A DNA stretch of 64,000 nucleotides. It comes from the human T2T-CHM13v2.0 reference genome, Homo sapiens. Below are positions 55,671 through 64,000 of the stretch, in pieces. The translations under genes and the position numbers were made by a program. The stretch lies in the NCBI RefSeq assembly GCF_009914755.1, contig NC_060925.1. One strand, written 5' to 3'. Positions within the stretch are counted from its first letter, which is position 1. Each line of letters starts with the position of its first letter. The notes beneath the pieces were generated by a model. The model ran no database searches, had not been told where the DNA came from, and was given only the letters and a program-made list of their open reading frames with translations.

Positions 55671-57216
55671 GTATATATCCTTAAATCTGAAAGAAAACCA
55701 GCATTTATGTAACAAGTAAAACATTCTATCTTAAGCTATTGCATTTAACACTAAAAAGCATAGTTCACTCTGTGATCTACAACGTTGTCTGAGTCTCCAT
55801 TACAATTGTAAATTCATGTCAGGGTAAGAGCTCCCAAACATCTGTAAAAACTCAAAATTCAAGAGTCAAAGAAGGGGCTGAGCACATGAGAAGGGGAGAG
55901 ATGGGTGACAGGGTCAGGTGAGGAAGTGTTCTGAGATGTGTAGGATTCCTCCGGGCCCAAAGCAGCTTGTGGCACCACATGCATACAGGAACGAAGGGCC
56001 TCCTGTGAGGGCTCCCAGTGGTTCCAAGACACAGCAAGGTGCCTGAAAGAGGCTGGAGACATTGGCGTGGGCATGGAGGTGCTAGCAACTATTTTCAGAC
56101 TGCTAACAATGAGACTGTGTCCATTTCTTCTTTGTACAGTTACCATTGACCTTCCTTTAAAATCCCACAGGGAGAACATGCTGTTTTTAGCAGAAATGTC
56201 AGTTTTCATTAACTCCTTGAAAATTTAGCGTATTAACTTTCATTTCCATGAGCTTCAATTTCCACACCTGTCAACTGCTGTATAAAGCAGGTTTCCTGCA
56301 AGTTCTGATGTAAGTGACCTGACAGGAGGCACTATCTTTGTCCTTCTCAACTTGCCTCTAAGCATCTGGAGTGAGTATTCTCAATATGCACTTATTTAAT
56401 AACAGAGTTATCCGACACTCAGAAAACAGCCTCCACTGTGTAAGGCAGCAGATCTCAGGATGGGGTGATCTGTAGGGAGGCAGAAATTCTATAAATAACA
56501 CCAAACAAAAGCTGATTGTGTCATCCAACACATTTTTATGAGGAAGTCAGAATAATTAGAAGATGGTAGAATTTTTTTTCCCAGTTGGGTAAAATTGTCC
56601 ATTCTTCCTGTATTCCCATTTCTTAAGAATGATCTAGCCAACAGTCATTGAATATAAGCTGACACAAATTAATATAATTTCAACATAAAATGGTCTAATG
56701 TGTGAATTTAACTATATTGGAAGGTACAAATCCTGTCTTTATGAGGTCTTTGAAAGGCAGGGTACCTTCTCTAAAAAGTAGTCACTTAGAACCAACTTTT
56801 ACAAAAGAAAGAGTCTCAGCCCCCAACCCCTGCCAGCCTGGGCAAAATAAGGAGACTCTGTTTCTACAAAAAAAATTTTAAAAATTAGCCAAGCGTGGTA
56901 GCACATGTTTGTAATACCAGCTCCTTGGGAAGCTAAGGTGGGAGGATCGCTTGAGCCCCCAGGTGGTCAAGGCTGCAGTGAGCGGTGATCATGCCACTGT
57001 ACTCCAGCCTGGACAACAGAGTGAGACACTGTCTCAAAAAAAAGGAGTCTATCTCAGAGTTCAACGAATGGATAATTCTAGTGTGGACAACTCTGGTGTA
57101 AACATGACTGAAAATAATTCACAAATAGTCTGTTACAGCTCCATCCACTGAAAATTGTCATAAAAGACATTTTTCAAATGAGTTCATTTTTAGAAAAACC
57201 ATTCCAGATATCTTAC

Positions 57217-57325
57217 CTTCGGAAATCATCCAAGGAGTGTGATAAACATTACAACCCCCATAAACTGGGTAAACAACAACAATGGAGTGAAAAACGACCA
57301 CACATGCCATAAAGCAATGTTGAAG
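57217..57325 (-). pseudogene. TMEM128: TMEM128 last coding exon (orphan; upstream exons not found)
   Basis: tcttgttcttttcag|C TTC AAC ATT GCT TTA TGG...; [32 protein letters not shown] (TGA 57228-57226) matches the TMEM128 C-terminus; donor AAG|gtaaga 9 nt after the stop. Frame not in the ORF track. Confidence 0.88.
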
Positions 57326-58933
57326 CTGAAAAGAACAAGACATAAACAGTTGACAACTCAAATATGCATCAATATATTTTATTCTAGAATCCAGATTTAA
57401 AGTATTCAATGTAGAAAAGTTCATCCAGTCAGCAACCTTCTCCATGTATCATATTTCTCAGCTATGTGACTTAGCCAATGCTGGAAAGAAAACTCTAGAT
57501 ATACTTACACAAGTATCACAATTTCTTCAAGAAGGCCCTGGAACTGGAACCACTAAAGGTCTCCTAATAGGAGTTGACATGGCTTAATAGAAACTGCAGT
57601 CTCTTAGTTTCTGCACTTGAACAAGAATTTAAATGGCTACAGCCCATTTTTATGACATCACACACTAAACTATCATGGTAAAAAAGACCAAAGTATTTTC
57701 TCTTAAAAACAGAATGAAAACAGTTATCACTTATAAGCTGCTATTCTATATTTCATTGAGAAGAACACTATTCCTGTCATCAAAGTAAAATTAAAACACT
57801 TTCTAAGTGTAAAGATTGTTAGTGACTGAAATTTCTAAGAACAGAATAGGAAAAACTATATTCAAATAAGTTCAGATGGTTATTGGTTTTAACATATAAT
57901 ATTTTGATAAGTATGAGTATTAAATAACTATAATCACACTGTCTAAAAAATTAATATTTCTGGAGATGATCTTAGCCTTATGGGAAAAAGTAAAAAAACA
58001 TATCTGTATGCCCCCACATACAGGTTAACAATAACCACATCACACTGTCAAACACCCTTGAACTTCAACTACAGAAAATAAGTCATAGAAAGAATATGTA
58101 TAAAGGTATATGGTTCTTCCAAAATAAAAATTCAATTAGGCCGGGGGTGGTGGTGCATGCCTGTAATCCAGCACTTTGGGAGGCCAACACAAGCAGATGG
58201 CTTGAGGCCAGGAGTTTGAGACCTGCCTGAGCAGCATGGCGAAACCCCATCTATACAAAAAATATTAAAAATAGCCAGATGTGGTGGCACATGCCTGTGG
58301 TCCCAACTACTCGGGAGGCTGAGTGAGGTAGGAGGATCACTTAAGCCTGGGAAGTCGAGGCTTCAGTGAGCTGTGATCATGCCACTGCACTCCGGCCTGG
58401 GTGACACAGTGAGACCCTGTCTCCAAAAAAAAAAAAAAAAAAAAAAAAAAATCCAATTGATATAAAGAAAGAAAAAACTAGAGAGCTACGCACAACATAG
58501 GAAAAGTAGTTTTCTTTCTGGTTGGATCAGAGGATATATTTCCTTTGTGTTTTTCTGTAATTTACAGATTTTTTTTTCCTCAGTGAGCAAGTATTACTTT
58601 TATAAACTGAAAAAAAACCTGTATTTTTCATCGAGTATTTAATTAACTTATGAAGAAGGTTATTCATTGTGGCATTGTTTGAGTATAAATATAACGAAGT
58701 CCAACAACAGAAGACAGGTTAAATAAATCATGTTATGTCCATGCTGTGAAAACTATGCAACTGTTTAAAAAAATGAGACACATCTATATGTACCATTATG
58801 GAAGAATCCCAAACTATAAGGATCCACTGAAAAACAAAAGGAAAAAAAGATGAACAACCACTTTGGAAAGCAGTTTGGCATGATTTACTGAAGTCAAAGG
58901 TATGTACATCCAACAATTTTACCCCTTGGGGTG

Positions 58934-58975
<42 letters not shown>
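58934..58975. repeat. (TA)n(CA)n microsatellite
   Basis: Directly visible. Confidence 0.92.
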
Positions 58976-58978
<3 letters not shown>

Positions 58979-61900
58979 GTACATCTCTACACCCAACAGA
59001 AATGTGTTCACTGTGCTACAAGAGCCATGTACAAGAATGCTCTTTATAGCATCCTTCATAGTAACCCCAAACTGAAAAAAATCTAAACACAACCAACAGT
59101 GGAAAAGAAAACTGGGATTCAATTAAACAATGGAATGCTAAAGAGCAATGAAGATGAGTCACTGTTCCCGGCTACAATATGAAACAACTGCACACAATGC
59201 TGCACACAGCCAGCTCAATGTGAAGGAATACACCCTGTATGAATCCATTTCTATAAAGTTCAAAAGCACAGCTGAAACAAAAATAGAATATCTAATGGAA
59301 GCAAAGCAAGTAGTTACCATGAAGGTCAGGGCAGTATTTACCGGTGGCAGGAGGGATGGTGCAGTAACTGGGAGGGAGAATGAAGGGGGTTCCCAATGTA
59401 CTGGCTCAGTTTACACCAATGCTCACTTCATGAAAATTCATTCATTTCAGTTTTTTCCACTTTTCTATATGTATTGTACGTCATAATAAAATAGACTTAA
59501 AAAGCAAAATGCAGAATATGTACAGAATGTCACCATCTGTGCTTTAAATAACTAGATCCATAAATAGAAGGAGAAAGAGATACTAATGAAAAGGGAACCA
59601 GAGAGCATGAATGACCAGGAGACTATTTTTCTGTTTTAACTTTTTTACTTTCGAAGTTTGGACCAAGTATATCACTATCTGATCAGGAGGTGGGGGGCGT
59701 TGTCAGCCCAAGCAGCTGCCACCGTGAGCAGTGGACACAGGACCAGCTTCTGGGGATGATCCTGTCCTCTCCTAGCACAGCCCCGTGCATGGACAGGGCA
59801 TCCATGCCATCCGTGTCACCCAGGGCAGGTCACTAAGCCTCCCGCAGCCCATTTCCCCGAGTCGCCCAGGCGCGGTGGAGCACATGCAGCACAGTTGTTT
59901 TAGGAATTGGATGACTCACTGAGCTCCTGACAAGTAGTAGGCTCGGCACGTGGCTGTGGCACTTTTTTCTAACTGCCTGGGTTCCATCTCAACTCCCAGA
60001 GAGTGAACATCCCGCCTCTCATCTCAGGACTGGTGCTCTCTGAAGCATTAAGTAGGAAATTGAGAGTAGTAGCAAGTGAGACTTAGGGGGCAGGTAGGCA
60101 GAAATCAGTGATGGCATAGCCGCGCCACCATGACCATCCTGGCCATTGTCTCCTGTGTCTCCTGCTCCTCGAGGTCTTCAAAGTCTCATGCTGCCTTCTC
60201 CAGCAGCTGCTCTCTGTGATGGGAGGGTGGGCACAGGGTGGGTTTGTGGGTGATTCTGCTGAAGCCAGGGAGATGACGTCTGTCCAAGGACCCTCAGCCT
60301 GGAGCCCAGGCTCCAGGAAGCTCTGTGGGGGACAGCTGACGTCACTGGGCATCTCCTTTCTGTCTGCTCTGCTCACAGAAACCTGCAGGACACTGCCCAT
60401 AAGGTGAAGTGAGCAAAGAGGCCAGGCCAGTCCTTCCCAGCCCCATGGAAGCCAGTTCAGCAGGACCCTACATGGATGGGCTTCTGCAACTGTGAGCAAA
60501 GGGGGCCCATCAGGCTGTGCCCAGCCCCTAGGACACACAAGGGAAGGGCTTCTTCCCAATACCTGCCACCTGCTGCCTCTGCACAGCCGTGGTGTGCACA
60601 CTGCTGCAGGGAGCAGGCACCCTCATCCCTGTGGCCCATCTCCCCCTTCTTGTCCTCATTCTGAGGCCATACAAAACTGGCCTGCAGCATCCTCACCCTC
60701 AACCTTGCCCTGCTGGGAAAACTTAGGCCCTCAACTAAACTCGGGCCCCTGGACGCACTCGCTCGGCCGCAGTTCTCAATCTTCCCTCTGCCTGGAAGGC
60801 CCTGTCGTGTGTTTCACACTTGCTAAGCAGAGTCCCCTCTGAACTCAGCCCCCTGGATCCAGCCCAGCCCTCCTGGATCCACTTGCCAGAGCAGCCCCGG
60901 ACCCCGCCAGCCCCTCCCACTGACTCCAGTGCAGGTCAGTGAAGGTGACTATGACAGCTCTGGTAATCCTGGAAGAACCCCCAGGATTGAACACAGCTCT
61001 TGGGCTCTGATTACAGCCAATTACCATAATGGAGAGAATATCTGGATTCTCCCCTAATTTCCTCTCCTCTTAAAATTTTCAATTAAGAGCCTAATCTTGA
61101 TGGAAAATGGCTGCTTTCTGGAGTACTCTCCGCAGTGCTGATTCCTCATTGCTAAGTGCTTTTTCTAGACAGATAGAGGCTCTCGATGATTCCAGATAAA
61201 ATCAGAGCAAAGGAGCTTACCCAAAGAAAGGAGGAGAGCAGAGCAGCAATAGGCTATGCCCCGGAGCCCTCCCCACTGCTGGAGACACCAGGTGGGTGAG
61301 GGGTCTCTTGGGCCCTTCCAGCCTGCAGAGCTGCTGAGAGTCAGGCCTGGCTGCCAACAAAGCAGCTGAAGTCTTGAGAAAACTTCCTGATTGCATTAGC
61401 GAGGTTGCAACACCAGGACATAATCAAATCTCCCTGGAGGACGTGGCTTCAGGAAGGGCTGCTACAAGCCAGTGGCAGAACAAGGGCAACCAGGGTCAGA
61501 CACGGTGGAAGGAGGGAAGTCCCAGAGCCGAGCATGGGTGGACATCAGAGGGGTGTGGGCTGCACCATCTGGGTGCAGGGGCCAGCAGGCAGTGCGGGTC
61601 CACCCAGCCCAGGGCCAGCCTTTCCCAGCAGTCGCGTGCAGAAACCTGGCACACGTCATGGGGCAGCGGTCCCATATCATAGGCCCTCCTGGTGTTAGCA
61701 GTCAGGAGGGTGCCTAGAAAAGCCTCCCACAGCCACAGGGACAGCAGGATCTGAGCCCACCCTCCACACCAGAAGCCTGCCCAGCACCGTAGGCAGGGCC
61801 CGGGTGCCCTGCTCAGGAATGAGCTCTGCTTCCAGCTTGGCCATCCTAGTTCCACCCTGTCTGTAACTTAGCCGACCAGGAAGATGGCTGTGATGACCAC

Positions 61901-63061
61901 AGAAAATCCTGACACAGAGCTGGCATGAAGGAGCTGTGCCTGTGGGAGCTTCAGAGTCCTCAGGCCAGGCTGGCCCTGGCTCTGCCACCTCTTGGCTGGA
62001 ATGCCTTCAGGCACCTACTGAGCCTCTCAGGGGCTCAGCATCCTCATCTGTGGGACACGGATAATAATAGGGTTGTTTTGAGAGTAAAAGCACAAAACAC
62101 AGAGCCTGGCTGGAGAAAGCACAGGTAGCTGAAGTCAGCCAAGGCTGAGTTAAGTGTTCTTCTTAGAAAAGCGGACAGGCCATTCCCTGAAGGCATCAGT
62201 GCGGGCAGGAGGGAACCTGCACTTTGCAGTTCCAACACCTCAGGACACAATTCCTGCTAACCTGACCCACAAAAGACCAAAGGACACACCCAAGATCCTG
62301 GACCAACGTCCCACAAGGATGCCTCCTGGTTTCTTCTCTAAGAATACGTCTTAAAATGTTCCCCAGGAAGCTAACTCAATATTCCTAATGTATGGACCAT
62401 GGAAAGAAAACAAGTGTCTCAGTAGGTTTGTTCAACAAATGTGCAAATGCAGAGACGAACAAAGATGCCCAAAGTCAAGGAGCAGCTCAGTCGCCTCCGA
62501 CATGCTCGGGGGCCACAACCACTTCCAACCTCTGCCCTGTTCACACTTTCCTCCACCCAGATTCCCCTCTTGCCCTGGCACTCCAGGAATTGTTTGATGT
62601 CCTGGAAGCTCCCTTTCTCTGTTCCACAGCCCCTGAGGCTGGTACCTCCCTGCATGCGTGTCCACCTCACCCACTGAGTTCCAGGAGCAGGCGTCTATCC
62701 TGCTCGCCCTGACTCAGCAGGGAGGGCTGAGCTCTGGAGCCTGAGTGCACCCAGACCTGCCCCATGGCCTCCTGTGCCTCTGTGTCCTCCTCACCCTCGA
62801 CTCACCAAGGAGCCCTGAGGACGTGAGAACTGGAACATGCCCAAGACCCACATCGGGGCCTGGCACACACCAAGCGCCTAGTGAACGCTTGATGACTGAG
62901 GACAGCATCGCTTCTTCTAAGAGGGAAAAAAAGGAAAGTCAACCAGAGACAATTTGTAAAAGATGGCTTTTGACTGAGGCCTTGAAGGATGGGCAAGGAT
63001 GGGCAAGGGGAGGGGGGACTCAAAGTGCAGGATGAGAAGGCTCTAGGTGCCTGAGTGCCTC

Positions 63062-63177
63062 TGCATGTGAACATGCATGTGCATGTGTGTGCATGTGTGT
63101 GTGCATGAGACTTGCAGCCTTGCATGTGTGCGTGCATATGCATATGTGTGTTCATATGCGCATGCATGTGTGTGTGC
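63062..63177. repeat. Degenerate (CATGTG)n / (TG)n alternating purine-pyrimidine tract
   Basis: Directly visible. Confidence 0.9.
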
Positions 63178-63555
63178 CCTAGTCCAGACAGGGTTCTGAG
63201 TGCACTGTGGGGGACAGATGATTTCACACTCCGCCCTGAGTCTGAAATCAGTGGGACAGATGACCTTGAAGAAGGCCTTATGGCTCACTTAGTGTGAGCC
63301 AGACTCCATAGAGACAGTGACGGCAGGACACATGCATGGGGGTCCACCTTCCCAGAGCTGGAGCCCACATAGCTCCAGGACCTCAAGGGAAGCCCAGGGT
63401 CTGAGGGGCCCAGGAGGCCCATCCATGTGATGGACCCAAGGAGACTTTGGTGGCTTCTCTGTTAAGATTTGAAGGGGGCCAGGTGTGGTGGCTCACGCCT
63501 GTAATCCTAGCACTTTGGGAGGCTGCAGCAGGGGGATCACGAGGTCAGGAGTTCA

Positions 63556-63885
<330 letters not shown>

Positions 63886-64000
63886 TCAGCAGATAGGGTG
63901 ACAACAGCGCCTCTACCTCTAGTGGGAGGCGCAAGAGAAATTCACGCGATGCACTTGCCTGGGCTTGGTGAGTGGAAAGCTCCCCACTGACTCGAGGGCT

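Noticed and set aside
55859-56209. 116-aa minus-strand ORF within the TMEM128 remnant
   Set aside because: No recognisable homology or splice context.

Overview
Human/hominoid repeat-rich genomic DNA with no intact protein-coding gene. The main feature is an unprocessed (intron-retaining) pseudogene copy of the proton channel OTOP1 on the minus strand (ATG 46268 to TAG 14346). Exons 1, 2, 4, 5 and 6 are present with canonical GT-AG sites and a CpG-island promoter, but they carry three frameshifts and several in-frame indels, the conserved FYR motif is changed to FYA, and exon 3 could not be found. Upstream on the same strand lie only the terminal exons of TMEM128, OTOP1's neighbour at 4p16.3. 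The sequence then switches abruptly at about 59.7 kb to GC-richer DNA, so the window looks like a segmental-duplication mosaic (probably a pericentromeric paralog) rather than the functional locus. The most unusual structure is three separate local inverted duplications in or around intron 1: 247 bp at about 95% identity, 527 bp at about 97%, and an older L3+Alu copy. The 527-bp pair brackets exon 1 and the promoter. A near-full-length decayed Hsmar2 mariner, many Alus, and L1/L2/L3/MaLR/MER relics fill the rest. I found no evidence of a wholly new biological system. Reference comparisons are from memory of the OTOP1, TMEM128 and Hsmar2 proteins, and identities are hand-counted.
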